A DNA stretch of 63,934 nt, counting the filler, from an uncultured Methanosarcinales archaeon (GTDB lineage Archaea; Nanobdellota; Nanobdellia; Woesearchaeales; CAZKBD01), in NCBI GenBank assembly GCA_964550945.1. It is 13 parts of 13 records of this genome, joined end to end, with 100 filler letters (N's around TTAATTAATTAA, not from the genome) between each part and the next. Parts side by side here need not be neighbours in the genome. Positions count along the whole stretch, not along the records: positions 51,994 to 56,732 come from CAZKBD010000116.1; positions 56,833 to 61,556 come from CAZKBD010000117.1; positions 61,657 to 63,934 come from CAZKBD010000155.1; 10 more parts are not named here. One strand, given 5' to 3'. The notes under the pieces were generated by a model that was given only the letters and a program-made list of their open reading frames with translations, ran no database searches and had not been told where the DNA came from. Every line of letters starts with the position of its first letter. Within the stretch, counting starts at the first letter, position 1. Both the position numbers and the translations under genes were made by a program. Shown one piece after another: positions 51,994 to 63,276 of this stretch.

Positions 51994-53993
51994 GTTCCTG
52001 GCTGAACTTCGTTTTCTGTCTTATATGGCACTTCTTTGCCATCAACATAAACCTTTTTCCCGCCTTCAGTGTCTTCCATAATCTGTTTTGCAGATTCTTT
52101 ATATCCAAAAAGTTTACTGAAAAAATCTATAATTACACTAAAAAAGTTTTTTCTCTCATCTTGTTTCTTAATAATTGCATTGTCAATTCTTGTATTTTCA
52201 TCAACATTATCATCTCCTGCCCCTTGCAAACTGCAATCTTCAGCACAGTTCTCTTTAGTTTCAATCGGAGATTCGCAAAGATCATTACCACACCATGTAT
52301 CTCCACCTAAAGATGAACCCTGGGAAAATTTGGGATTACAGTCTTGAGGACAGGATTCTTTTGTTTCCGGCCCTTCGCAGATGTTATCACCACAGAAATT
52401 AACGGTAGAAGTTGATCCTCCATCCATTCCTAAATTCATAGCAGGGGGTTGGATAATCTCTTTGCAAGCTATTTCTGTATCAGGAACACTGTTTCCTTCA
52501 AAGAAGTATTCTCTTGGTCCTGTACCTGCAACAATATAATCTCCGTTAAAGTCAATTTTGGTTACCCAAGTGTTGGCTCCATATTCCCATAAAGGCTTGT
52601 TGCTGTTCTTAGAGAATAAATAAACTTTTTTTGTTGTTCCGCCTGCTGCCAATAAGCTGCCGTCTTGATTTAATTTTATGTCTCCAAATTGGGAAAAAAA
52701 TGCTGTGGCAGTATATTTCCATTTAGGTTTATTACTGTCTTTAGAAAAAAGATATAAATTACCTTTAGAAGTGCCGGCAGCGATATAATTCCCGTCAGCA
52801 GAGATAGAAATAGCTCTGGCTGTGCCATCTTCTTGAGAAGAAAAACTCCATAATTTTTTACCTTTATTATCCAATAAAAAGACAATCTCTTTTCCCTGCA
52901 TATTATCCGCAGAATAAGCTATCAGACTGCCGTCATCAGAAATGGCTGATTTATGGACAGGAGAATCATAAGTTAATTGTTCGCTTCTGAAAATTAAATT
53001 TCCCGTTCCCGAAAATAAATGAGCTCTGCGATCCGGACAGCCAGTGGAAACCGCTACATATTTACCGTCAGGAGTAACATCGGGCTGGTAGAACTCTCCT
53101 GTTTGTTCGTAATCTGGATGGGAAGGTTTGTATTCTCCCAATTTATTGCCTTCTAGGTCAAAGATGAGAATCTTGTCTCCTGCCGCAGTAGCAATCACGC
53201 TCCCATCATCAGACATATCAACGCCAATACCTGAGTTGGTATTTTTTGTCCATAAAGGTTGGTTGCTTTCTCTATTGAATAAATAAAAACCGCCCTGCAT
53301 ATTAGCAGCGATATAACTACCATCATCAGAGATAGCTACCCCCGCAGCATTTCCAGAATAATATGCGGGAATTTCACAATTCTGACAAAATTTCCATAAA
53401 GGCTCTTTACTATCTTTAGAAAATAAGTAAATATAAAAATTAGTTATAGCAACAATATAATTTCCATCTTTAGAGATAGCTACTCCTTCTATCCAATCTC
53501 TTCCAGTGGGATAATTCCAAACTTCTTTCCCTTCTTTATCTAAGAGAACAATTTCATTGTTATCTAATTTTTCTGAGAAAAGAACTGGCCCATTATCAGG
53601 ACTGTCAATCATGCTGCCTCTTACTTTTCCTGCCCCATTACTGGCTTCATAATAATAAAAATTAGTTTTTCCAGATGTGGGAACAAAATAGTATACATAA
53701 GTAGCTCCACTTTTGGGGTTTCCTTTCAACAATTCCATTTCATGCCATTTCTCATTAAGCCAAATTCTCATATATTCTGGCTCACGTCCTTTCTCATCCT
53801 TGTAAACAGCATAGTATGTATAATTCGTACAGGGAACGCCCCAGACAGGATAAACTTCAGAATCAGTAATAGTGGGAGCATCTTTCATCTCTTCGGCAGT
53901 TAATTTAAGTATGATGCCTATAGTGGATTTTTCTTCGGCAAAGACCAAACTAGATAAACAGATTATGACTAATATTAAAACTATTTTTTTCAT
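51994..53993 (-). CDS. Secreted WD40/PQQ-like beta-propeller protein with Cys-rich CGD repeats (3' partial)
   Basis: Repeated VAISxDGxYI...YLF...PLW blades, CGDNICE repeats, signal peptide. Confidence 0.8.
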
Positions 53994-54004
53994 TTTACAC
54001 AACC

Positions 54005-55237
54005 TCATATCTTCTCAAAAAATTCTTTAACTGCCAGTCTGGTCTCTTCTCCCTGCGGTAAAGTAAAACTGGACCAATCATTTATAGTAAAGCCTGCTCC
54101 TTTTGGTTCCACTTCTAAATAAGCATCGAATGGAGCTTGAGCATATTTCAGCTGGTTTTGTTTGACAAATTCAGTAGGAATTTCAAAATAATTATACTGC
54201 CAATATTCCGCATTCATCCACGGCACTCCCGCTTTTTCAGCTAAATCAGCATAATATTGATAATCATCAAACTCTTTAGCATAATTTTCATAAGAAAGTT
54301 GAGCCGACATTGGCGGGCCAACATCTATCCCAGCAATATCAACGCTCTTGAAAGAAGCTGCTAAAACTTCCGCCGTTCTTTTTTTAGGCTGGGTAATCTT
54401 ATTGATAACGTTACCAGTAAATTTTTCTTTGACCGCAGAATTGGCAAGGGGCATAATTTCCGCTACATATTGGCTAATCTGTTTTTCACTGCCCCATTGG
54501 GTCTGCTCCTGCAGGAATAAGTCCGGCTCATTGTTTACAGTTACGTATTCGACTTGATACTCTTCCATCAATTCTCCAAACTCTCCTAAAAAATCAAGAT
54601 AAATGCTTTTAAATTTTTGATATTCAGGAAGCTTGATATCACTTCCCGGAGGGGCATTAACTAATTCCGTAGCTACCCATACCGCTAAACCTTTTTGTTT
54701 GGCTTTGACGATATCATTTAATAACACGGATTTAGAACTTTCGTCCATGACACACTTTTCTCCCGTGCAGTCATTAATCGTCAATAATTGAATAGTATTA
54801 AAACCAGTTTCTTTCATAAGATTTAAAGTTTCATCGGAAATTATTTTATATTGTCCTTGTCCATAGATAGCTGGACCTTCATTGATGGCTTTAATGATAG
54901 AAGGATAATTTCTAGTCAATCCCACAATATCTTTAGCTTCAGGCAGAGCAAAATGGTTTCTTCCGCCTGAATCTCCTCTTTCCTGCTCTTTATTACAGCA
55001 ATCGGGATGTTTAACACAGAACTCTTCACACTTTGAATTCATTTCCGGAGTTGTTCCGGGACATTCCCCCTGCTGAGGATGCCATTCTCCGGGCTGAAGC
55101 GAACATTGAAAACCACCTGGCGGTCCATCTGGTCTTTCAGAAGAATCTCTAACCAATTCTCTTTCACCTTGGGGCTGGCAAGCGAGGATTAAAAATAATG
55201 AAAATAACAGTACCAAACTTAATATTATTTTTTTCAT
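54005..55237 (-). CDS. Lipoprotein with clan-A glycoside-hydrolase-like TIM barrel
   Basis: ILAC lipobox, GFNTIQL, VNNEP (acid/base-like) and WMNAEYW (nucleophile-like). Confidence 0.6.
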   Translation of the reverse strand: MKKIILSLVLLFSLFLILACQPQGERELVRDSSERPDGPPGGFQCSLQPGEWHPQQGECPGTTPEMNSKCEEFCVKHPDCCNKEQERGDSGGRNHFALPEAKDIVGLTRNYPSIIKAINEGPAIYGQGQYKIISDETLNLMKETGFNTIQLLTINDCTGEKCVMDESSKSVLLNDIVKAKQKGLAVWVATELVNAPPGSDIKLPEYQKFKSIYLDFLGEFGELMEEYQVEYVTVNNEPDLFLQEQTQWGSEKQISQYVAEIMPLANSAVKEKFTGNVINKITQPKKRTAEVLAASFKSVDIAGIDVGPPMSAQLSYENYAKEFDDYQYYADLAEKAGVPWMNAEYWQYNYFEIPTEFVKQNQLKYAQAPFDAYLEVEPKGAGFTINDWSSFTLPQGEETRLAVKEFFEKI

Positions 55238-56187
55238 TTTATGCCTTTCCTCACAACATTGCCAAGATTAATTGCAATCTCAACATAACGAGATTGTTTT
55301 TCCATGACATCTACAATCTTATCACAAATAGCCATATCTAGATTTATATGAGTACAAAAATCACCCAAGCAATCGTCTCTTTTTTCTCCTGAAAGCTGTT
55401 CACAAATAGAAACATCTTTACTGCTCATAGCCCTATCTCTTACACAATCATCTAAATTGCCTCCTTTACCGCTGCAAAAAGACATCGGCTGTTCAAAGAA
55501 AGTTAAGCAGTTCACATTATTATTACATCGGGAAACATCCCTCTCTTTAAATGCTAAACAAGTATTTCTATCCGGCTGACTTGCAGGAAACTTATTGCAG
55601 TATTCGGTTGTAATCTCATCAGACCTATCCCACCAGTATAAATTACTAACAAAAGTAAAATAGCATTGCAATTTTTCATTTTGATCATAATCAATTTCAT
55701 CACAAATATCGATATTCTCACTGATAACTGCGGTTTGGTAATAGCAAACATGTTTAGATAAGGGGTCAGTCATTTTTTTGCAATATGAAGAATCTTCACT
55801 TGCTACCGCAAAACAGATATTTTTATTAGCTTCATCTTCTTCGTCGCCTGAATCAACTTTAATTTGCTGACAAATCTCAGGATTATGATTTACTACAGCC
55901 ATGCAATAATACTTATCAATCGAACTTAGATGTTTTGCCAGCGGTATTTTCTGACAGATTATTTCAGAAGGAGTATTGATTTCTTCTATAATCTTTGCAG
56001 GAGCTATTGATACATTTTCAGAAGAGGCAGCTTCTTCCGCGACTGTTGGTTCTGCCTCAATAGTTTTTTGCTCTTGGAATGGTATAATCTCTTTAGGAAC
56101 TTCGTTTATATTGTCAGTTTTATCAATCTGTTTAGTACAACCAATAATAAGAATCAACATTAATAATATAATAGCTGCTTTTTTCAT
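55234..56187 (-). CDS. Cys-repeat lipoprotein
   Basis: IIGC lipobox; repeated D.S.C..I......C units. Confidence 0.7.
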   Translation of the reverse strand: MKKAAIILLMLILIIGCTKQIDKTDNINEVPKEIIPFQEQKTIEAEPTVAEEAASSENVSIAPAKIIEEINTPSEIICQKIPLAKHLSSIDKYYCMAVVNHNPEICQQIKVDSGDEEDEANKNICFAVASEDSSYCKKMTDPLSKHVCYYQTAVISENIDICDEIDYDQNEKLQCYFTFVSNLYWWDRSDEITTEYCNKFPASQPDRNTCLAFKERDVSRCNNNVNCLTFFEQPMSFCSGKGGNLDDCVRDRAMSSKDVSICEQLSGEKRDDCLGDFCTHINLDMAICDKIVDVMEKQSRYVEIAINLGNVVRKGIK

Positions 56188-56624
56188 TTTTTATTGTCCT
56201 TTTCTTTTTTTAAAATACGCTCAGCCCACCAAGCATAAGCCATAGCTACCACAACAAGCGCAGGAATCAAGTGAATGGGATTCCTAAATAAAGAAAACTT
56301 AAAAAGATAAACCAATATCAACCATAGATTGAATAATCCATAAGCAACAACTAAAGTAGTTAAAACTAACTCCTCAGCTTTATTAACATTCTCGATTTTT
56401 TTCTCTAGAAATGCACATAATTTGACTAATATAAAAAATATTATCAGAAGAAATGGAACCATTAGGGGAGCATACTTTATTCCAGTAAACTCGGCAATTG
56501 GTTGCCAGAAAAAACTTTTAAGTCCAGAATTCGCTGCAAAGAACATATCTAAAAAACTATCCAATAAAGCCAGCAATAATAAAAATATCCATGCCCATAA
56601 TTTAGGTAACACTGCTCTTTTCAA
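56184..56624 (-). CDS. Hypothetical 4-TM membrane protein
   Basis: Hydrophobic; TTG start after GAGGT; ATGA overlap with the next gene. Confidence 0.7.
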   Translation of the reverse strand: MKRAVLPKLWAWIFLLLLALLDSFLDMFFAANSGLKSFFWQPIAEFTGIKYAPLMVPFLLIIFFILVKLCAFLEKKIENVNKAEELVLTTLVVAYGLFNLWLILVYLFKFSLFRNPIHLIPALVVVAMAYAWWAERILKKEKDNKK

Positions 56625-56832
56625 TTTAATACCTCTTTTATATAGAAATAATAAAACTACTATTTAAATGCTTTCTCAAAACGTCCATAATCCTTGTTCT
56701 TGAAGTATCGCTGTCACTCAGTGGAATGAACTNNNNNNNNNNNNNNNNNNNNNNNNNNNNNNNNNNNNNNNNNNNNTTAATTAATTAANNNNNNNNNNNN
56801 NNNNNNNNNNNNNNNNNNNNNNNNNNNNNNNN

Positions 56833-57287
56833 CTGATAAAGATGCCTTATTTGAGCTGGAAGGATTAGAGGATGACTTTAAGAAATTTTCTATTACTAAT
56901 TTTAATGCTGAAAATCTTGGTAGAACCGTAAAAGACTACGAAAATGACACTTATTACCTTGTTGTACCGATGGACAAAGGGCTTATTGTAGAAAAAACCA
57001 CCATCACATTAAAACCTTGCAGTAATAGTCCATTAATCAAATTCCAAACCAAATGCAGGTATAATGGAGAGGAGCAAGGTAATGAAAGTATACAACAAAA
57101 AGCAATATCACCATCACATTTGATCACAGGTGACCTAATATCAGAAATTATTGGACCTGCATTAAAAAATAAAAAAGAGAATGTTTTCAAAATCAATGGC
57201 CCAGTCATAATTGCAGTATTGTGCTTAATAGCGGGATTTAGCTTAGGTATATGGGTCAAATCAAAAAAAAAGAAACGTAGAAAATAG
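56833..57287 (+). CDS. Hypothetical protein with C-terminal membrane anchor (5' partial)
   Basis: Frame open from the contig start; C-terminal TM helix plus basic tail. Confidence 0.6.
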
Positions 57288-57302
57288 CCTCCAGTTTAAT
57301 AG

Positions 57303-60300
57303 CTAAATCTTCAAGCTAACAACCTTGCTCATTCCATGCTCATCCATCGCAACACCATACAATGTGTTAGCTTCAGAAATTACAGCATCATTATGGCTTA
57401 TTATTAAATACTGGGCTTTTTCTGCATATTTAGCTATTAATTTTGCGAACTTCTCAGAATTATGCTTGTCAAGAGCAGCATCAACTTCATCAAGAACATA
57501 AAAGCTGGCTGGCTCATGCTCCTGAATCGCAAATATGAAAGCAAGAGCAGTCATTGTCTTTTCTCCACCAGACAAGCTTCTTATATCCATGTACTTGTTG
57601 CTGGATATCTTAACCTTAATGTTGACTCCTGCTTCAAACGGATTCTCAGGGTTCTCTAGCTCCAGATAAGCATCCCCTTTAGTTGAAATCTTTGAAAAGC
57701 TTTCCTTGAAATGATCAGTTATAACATTAAACGTGTTCATGAACAGGTCCTTCTTCTTGCCCTCAATTTCCTGCATCATTGTCACAACATCATCTTTTTC
57801 CTTGGCAAGCTTGTCTTTCTTCTCCAATAATCCATTAAACTCCTTCTCGACCTCTTCATAAATCTCCAGCGCCCTCATATTGACAGAGCCGATCTCAGAT
57901 TTCAGTTTCTCAAATTTAGATATGTCTGATTTCAGCTCGTCTTCGCTCCTGCTAATGTCAAGGTTAACTCCTTCATACTGGGTAAACTCCTGGTTCAAGC
58001 CAGCTAACTCTGCTGCTAGCTGGGCATTTTTCAATGATAATGTATTAGACCTTATCTCTACCTTCCTGCTCTCATCTACCTTGCTATTGATCAACATTTC
58101 ATTCTTCTGGATTTCAGAATCTAATTTGTTCCTTTGGTTAAACAGCGCCTTAAACTTAGCATAAAACTCCTGGGCTTTAGCCTCTTTTTCCTTGAGATTT
58201 TTTTCTTTTTCCTTAACATTTTCATTAACTGACTTTAATTCGCTGCCGAACTCTATCTCATCCTTATCAAGCTGTTTCGATATCTCATTTGCTTTCCCTT
58301 TTTCAACAGAATATATGCTGTTTATCTGCAGATCCAGATTCCTGATGTCAGAATCAAGCTTTATAACAACCTCATTAGCCTGCCTTAGCATCTCCTCAAA
58401 TGTTGAAAGCTCAGCAACTAATGCAGGATCCCTCAAATCAGACAATTGCGCCCTTAATTTCTGTTTTTCAATCTTAATTGAAGTTAGTTCTTTAGTTTTT
58501 TCAGAATTTTTTTCCTGGATAACAGCTATCTCTTTATCAACAGCCTTCATGTCTTCTATCAAGTCTGTTTTTTCCTTTTTTGTGACATCCATATCGCTGG
58601 GTTCCAAATGCAGGCTTTTCTCAGTCTTTATTATCTCTCCCTCAAGAGACGCTTTCTTCTCCCTCAATTCAGTGATTATCTTTTCATTATCCTCTCTTCT
58701 TTTTTGGAAAACCCCTATAGCCTTTTCCAGATCGTCAACAACAGTTTCATGCTCTACAATCTCTTTCTTCACTTCTTTTTCATTAAATCCCATGGCTGCT
58801 TTTTTTCTGAAGCCGCCTCTCATAACGCCGCTTAGCTCAGTCAGATCTCCATCTAATGTTGCCATTCTTGCATTGCCTACTCCTAATCGCCTTGCAACAT
58901 CTATATCATCTACAACCAATGTATTGGAGAAAACATACTCAAACACTTTCTTGAATTTTTTGTCATAATCAACAAGGTCTAAAGCAAATCCGTGGCAGCC
59001 TTTAGAGCCAGCTAACTTGGCAATCTCTTTTTTGATGTCCTCAGCTCTCAGTTTGTTCAATGGCAAAAATGTTGCTGTTCCAAATTTTTTATCTTTAAGG
59101 TATTTGATGCACTCTGCTGCTATTTTATCATCATCTACAACTATGCTTTTCAGCCTAGGGCCTGCTGCAACCTCTAAAGCAAGGCTGTATTTGGCTTGTA
59201 CATCCCCCAGCTCTGCAACAGTGCCATATATGCCATTGCCTTTTTTTTCTAATATCTTTTTAACAGCAATATCAAACAGCTTGGTTTCGTTTATAGTAAG
59301 CTCACGTGCCTCTAACTTGGCCAATTCGTTTGCTGCATTAGTCAGTTTGTCCTTTGCATTTCCTATTTGCGCAGCCAAAGATGAATCCTCATTAAGCCTC
59401 TTGTTCAGCTCTAATGTCGATTCCTTGAACTGCTCTCTTTTTTTCTTAAGCTCCTCTATCTGGCCCTGGTATTCTTTCTCAACCTGGCTCACTTTGTTTA
59501 TCTTATCATCTAGGGTGTTAAGCTGATGCTCCACAAAATCCTTTTTCCTCAGTAATTCGTGGTGCTTTTCCCCTAGTTCATGCAGCGCTTTCTGGAAATC
59601 CTCAGATCTTTTATCAATATCCTCAATCCTTTTTTCTATATCAACTGCATTATCAAGCTTATTTTTTTCCTTGAACTTTTTTATCTTGCTGTCCAGCTCT
59701 GATTTTTCTTTTAGCTTGTCATTTTTTTGTTTTTCTAGTGCCTTTTTCTCTTCAAGCAGCTCTTTTATCTTGTTTTCTATATCATTTATGTTATTGGTTA
59801 TATCCTCTTTTCTTTTTTTAATTTTGGTTATCTCGCTTTTGCACGTGTCAATCCTTGAATTATCTTTTGTAATGTCTATCTTAATCGATTCCACTTCCCT
59901 GTTAAGCTTTACTTGCTCAACCTCCCCTCTCTCTTCAATTTGGCTGGAAATTGCCTCAATCTCTTTTCTTTTATTGATGCTTTCCTCTTTTAATTTGTTC
60001 ACCTTATCATTAACTTTCTCTAATTCCGCCTTAGCCTCATCCCATTTTTTCTGCATATCCTCTCTTTCAGCATCCTTTTTGCCCATATTTATCTTCAATA
60101 ATGATGCTTTGCTTTCATTTATTCTGTCGCTCATCCCTTTAAACTTCATCGCTTGATCCCTGTCTTTTTTCAGCTCTTTAAGGTATGTGCCCCTTTCAGC
60201 TAATACTATCTCTGCTTCCTTCAGTTTGCTGTCAACCTTATCAAGCTCGCTCAATGCTTTCTGCTTTTTTTCCTCATAGACGGATATCCCTGATATCTCC

Positions 60301-60788
60301 TCAATCAATGATCTTCTTTCCTCAGGATGCATCTCAACAAACCTTACAATATCGCCCTGCAGGATTACGTTATAGCCGTCTGGATCGATCTTTGCTATTG
60401 ACAACAAATCCTTAATCTGCTGCCTTGTCCTGAGCTTGTCATTTATCCTGTAAATGCTTTGCCCATTCTGCCTCACTATTCTTGTTATCTTAACCTCTTT
60501 TTCTTCAGTTGGAAATCTGTTTGTTTCGTTGCTGAAGTATATAGAAACTTCTCCATGTTTTGCTGATTTCTTTGATTTGCCTCCGTTATAGATCAGATTA
60601 GAAGATTTTTCAGCTCTCATGGACTTAGCAGAGCTCTTGCCCAACACAAAGCAAAGCGCATCCATCACATTTGATTTTCCAGAGCCATTGGGCCCTAACA
60701 CGCAATTGAACTGGTTGCTGAAATTCAGCTCTGTGTGCTTTGCAAAAGACTTAAAGCCGTGCATCACTATTTTGTTTATCCTTGTCAT
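57303..60788 (-). CDS. smc: Chromosome segregation protein SMC
   Basis: GPNGSGKS Walker A, coiled coils, hinge TLDGD...SGVMRGG, LSGGE signature, LDEVDAALD Walker B. Confidence 0.97.
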   Translation of the reverse strand: MTRINKIVMHGFKSFAKHTELNFSNQFNCVLGPNGSGKSNVMDALCFVLGKSSAKSMRAEKSSNLIYNGGKSKKSAKHGEVSIYFSNETNRFPTEEKEVKITRIVRQNGQSIYRINDKLRTRQQIKDLLSIAKIDPDGYNVILQGDIVRFVEMHPEERRSLIEEISGISVYEEKKQKALSELDKVDSKLKEAEIVLAERGTYLKELKKDRDQAMKFKGMSDRINESKASLLKINMGKKDAEREDMQKKWDEAKAELEKVNDKVNKLKEESINKRKEIEAISSQIEERGEVEQVKLNREVESIKIDITKDNSRIDTCKSEITKIKKRKEDITNNINDIENKIKELLEEKKALEKQKNDKLKEKSELDSKIKKFKEKNKLDNAVDIEKRIEDIDKRSEDFQKALHELGEKHHELLRKKDFVEHQLNTLDDKINKVSQVEKEYQGQIEELKKKREQFKESTLELNKRLNEDSSLAAQIGNAKDKLTNAANELAKLEARELTINETKLFDIAVKKILEKKGNGIYGTVAELGDVQAKYSLALEVAAGPRLKSIVVDDDKIAAECIKYLKDKKFGTATFLPLNKLRAEDIKKEIAKLAGSKGCHGFALDLVDYDKKFKKVFEYVFSNTLVVDDIDVARRLGVGNARMATLDGDLTELSGVMRGGFRKKAAMGFNEKEVKKEIVEHETVVDDLEKAIGVFQKRREDNEKIITELREKKASLEGEIIKTEKSLHLEPSDMDVTKKEKTDLIEDMKAVDKEIAVIQEKNSEKTKELTSIKIEKQKLRAQLSDLRDPALVAELSTFEEMLRQANEVVIKLDSDIRNLDLQINSIYSVEKGKANEISKQLDKDEIEFGSELKSVNENVKEKEKNLKEKEAKAQEFYAKFKALFNQRNKLDSEIQKNEMLINSKVDESRKVEIRSNTLSLKNAQLAAELAGLNQEFTQYEGVNLDISRSEDELKSDISKFEKLKSEIGSVNMRALEIYEEVEKEFNGLLEKKDKLAKEKDDVVTMMQEIEGKKKDLFMNTFNVITDHFKESFSKISTKGDAYLELENPENPFEAGVNIKVKISSNKYMDIRSLSGGEKTMTALAFIFAIQEHEPASFYVLDEVDAALDKHNSEKFAKLIAKYAEKAQYLIISHNDAVISEANTLYGVAMDEHGMSKVVSLKI

Positions 60789-60846
60789 ATTAATCAGCTT
60801 TTAATTCTGTATTTTTAAAACTTTCTTATGTATGCCATTAGTAAAA

Positions 60847-61236
60847 TCAATCCCCAATATAAACAACATCTTTCAGATTTTTAAAATGATCATCTCCGCT
60901 TATTAGTTTGCATTTTAATTCTTTTTGTTTAGAAACTAATATTGCATCTATCAATCCAAAATGCGGCCTATTTTTCCTTAATTCATCTTTAATTCTTGCT
61001 GCTTCTAGCCAATTTTTAGCCAAAACAGGCAAAATTATTGAGTTAATTTTCACAATCTCAAGCATACTCTCAAAATCCTGGTTTGTCTTCAAGGAGTATC
61101 CTGCTAGTTCCGATAGGCAGCATTCCATCGTGATAAATTTATCCTCTGCGGATTCAAAGAGTTTCCTTAATATTTTGCCCTTGCTGCTGCCGTTCAGATA
61201 TTCAATCCACGCATAAGTATCTATGATATAGATCAT
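60847..61236 (-). CDS. vapC: VapC PIN-domain toxin
   Basis: IDTYAWIEY, E, IDA and SGDDHF motifs. Confidence 0.9.
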   Translation of the reverse strand: MIYIIDTYAWIEYLNGSSKGKILRKLFESAEDKFITMECCLSELAGYSLKTNQDFESMLEIVKINSIILPVLAKNWLEAARIKDELRKNRPHFGLIDAILVSKQKELKCKLISGDDHFKNLKDVVYIGD

Positions 61237-61439
61237 TTCCAGAATTCCTCATGCTCTATAGGCTCTTCCTTGTATTTAGCTCCCTTAAACAATCCAAAAC
61301 CATCAACTCTTTTTTGTTTTACAATATCAATCTTGATAGTGTCTCCCTTGATTATGCCTTCATGTTGCGCAATCTCCTTGGGCAGGATCACGCCAATAGA
61401 ATTGCCCCACTGCTTAACCTTGACTTCGGCCATTGTCAT
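61233..61439 (-). CDS. vapB: AbrB/MazE-family antitoxin
   Basis: KVKQWGNSIGVILPK...IKGD motif; ATGA overlap with vapC. Confidence 0.9.
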   Translation of the reverse strand: MTMAEVKVKQWGNSIGVILPKEIAQHEGIIKGDTIKIDIVKQKRVDGFGLFKGAKYKEEPIEHEEFWK

Positions 61440-61451
61440 AGTATCACCTTT

Positions 61452-61495
61452 TAAGTATAACTAATTATACTAGATAAGTATAACTAATATATAAA
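61452..61495 (-). promoter_or_regulatory. vapBC operator/promoter
   Basis: Direct repeat TAAGTATAACTAAT (61452-61465 and 61475-61488), palindrome AGTATAA-CTAA-TTATACT (61454-61471), adjacent TTTATATA box. Confidence 0.65.
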
Positions 61496-61965
61496 TATTT
61501 TGGTGGTTTAGCTTGATTTCGCGTTAGTTTTAATTTAAAATTCACCCAGCTTCTTCNNNNNNNNNNNNNNNNNNNNNNNNNNNNNNNNNNNNNNNNNNNN
61601 TTAATTAATTAANNNNNNNNNNNNNNNNNNNNNNNNNNNNNNNNNNNNNNNNNNNNTATTTATATATCTTTCGTTATTATAGTATCAAATGCTCCTTTAT
61701 GGCTAGATAACTCCCTATAGTAAAACTCCGAGAAAATTACGCTTTGTTCTGGCTTTTTTTCAGTCAATTAATGCACCCAGGGAACTACGCGCCTTAACCC
61801 ATTATATTCCCTTCAATTCATATCCTGGAAAAACTACTTTATAAACCTTTTGTTATTATTTTAAAATTTATATAACCTATATAAACACATAACTCTCTTG
61901 GGCTACAACTTAATAACCATAAAAGATATAAACAACACATATTATTGATTTTCAGGGGTGATTAT

Positions 61966-63273
61966 ATGGTCAATATCTTATTGGTGGGCAACGGAGCTCG
62001 CGAGGATTGCATTGCTGAAACTTTAATAAGATCTCCGCAAAAGCCAAAATTATTCTCATATATGAAATCAAGGAATCCAGGCATCGCAAAGAAATCAGAG
62101 CAGATACAGCTAGGCAAATATGATGATTTAAGCTCAATAAGAGCATTTGCAGAAGCCTCTAACATAGACTTTGCAGTCATAGGCCCGGAAGATCCCCTGA
62201 ACAATGGAGTGGTTGATGCTCTGGAAGAGATTGGTATCAACTCAGTCGGCCCAAAAAAAGAGCTTGCAAAATTAGAGACTTCAAAATCATTCACAAGGCT
62301 TTTGTTGAAGGAATATAACATACCAGGCAATCCCCAATTCAGAGTTTTTGAGTCAATGGATGGAATTAAGGAATTTCTTGATGAGCTTGAAGGGATTGTG
62401 ATAAAGCCAGACGGCTTAACAGGAGGAAAAGGAGTTAAAGTTCAAGGCGATCATTTCAACACAAAAAAAGAAGCCTTAAAATATTGTGAAGAAGTCCTTA
62501 AAGACCATCCTTCTGTAGTTGTTGAGGAAAAATTAGATGGAGAAGAGTTCTCATTGCAATGCCTTTGCGATGGCAAGCATGTTATTGCAACTCCACCTGT
62601 TCAGGACCATAAAAGGGCTTTTGTCGGCGATAAGGGCCCCAACACTGGTGGCATGGGCAGTTATAGCTGTTCAGATCATTTGCTTCCTTTCCTGAAAAAA
62701 GAAGATGTTGATAGGGCGACTGATATAACCCAAAAAGTATGTGATGCAATAAGGGAAGAGACAGGGCTGGAGTATAAAGGGATAATGTATGGCGGATTTA
62801 TTGTTACAAAAAATGGAGTAAAACTTATAGAATACAACGCGAGATTTGGCGATCCAGAAGCGATGAATGTATTGCCTTTATTAAAAACAGATTTTGTTGT
62901 TGTATGCAAATCAATAATCAATGGCACGCTGAACAAACTAAACATAAAATTTGATAATAAGGCAACTGTATGCAAATATGCTGTTCCAAAAGGCTATCCA
63001 GATAATTCTATTGCTAACCAAAAAGTTGATCTGAAAGAAGTTCCAAAAAACGCAAAAATCTATTATTCGAGTGTAGATCAAAAAGAAGATGGGTTGTATA
63101 TGACTAAAAGCAGGGCAATTGCCTTTGTAGGCATTGCAGGCGATTTAGAGCAAGCTGAAGTTATCGCAGAAAATGCAGTCTGCTCAGTCAAAGGCAATGT
63201 TTTCCACAGGGAAGATATTGGGACAGAAGAGCTGATCAACAAAAGGATAGAGCATATGAAAAAAATAAGGTAA
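61966..63273 (+). CDS. purD: Phosphoribosylamine--glycine ligase
   Basis: GNGARE, IGPEDPL, KPDGLTGGKGV, GPNTGGMG and EYNARFGDPE motifs. Confidence 0.97.
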   Translation: MVNILLVGNGAREDCIAETLIRSPQKPKLFSYMKSRNPGIAKKSEQIQLGKYDDLSSIRAFAEASNIDFAVIGPEDPLNNGVVDALEEIGINSVGPKKELAKLETSKSFTRLLLKEYNIPGNPQFRVFESMDGIKEFLDELEGIVIKPDGLTGGKGVKVQGDHFNTKKEALKYCEEVLKDHPSVVVEEKLDGEEFSLQCLCDGKHVIATPPVQDHKRAFVGDKGPNTGGMGSYSCSDHLLPFLKKEDVDRATDITQKVCDAIREETGLEYKGIMYGGFIVTKNGVKLIEYNARFGDPEAMNVLPLLKTDFVVVCKSIINGTLNKLNIKFDNKATVCKYAVPKGYPDNSIANQKVDLKEVPKNAKIYYSSVDQKEDGLYMTKSRAIAFVGIAGDLEQAEVIAENAVCSVKGNVFHREDIGTEELINKRIEHMKKIR

Positions 63274-63276
63274 CTC

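Noticed and set aside
5428..61656. Regularly spaced TTAATTAATTAA motif about every 5 kb, and ORFs ending in X...LIN
   Set aside because: Artificial contig linker flanked by N runs; not biological. Adjacency across linkers (for example the gmhA-like fragment next to the RfbF-like fragment) carries no meaning.
61657..61940. Non-coding stretch with a divergent TATA box upstream of purD (possible ncRNA or riboswitch)
   Set aside because: No recognisable purine/ZTP riboswitch consensus or convincing stable structure by eye.
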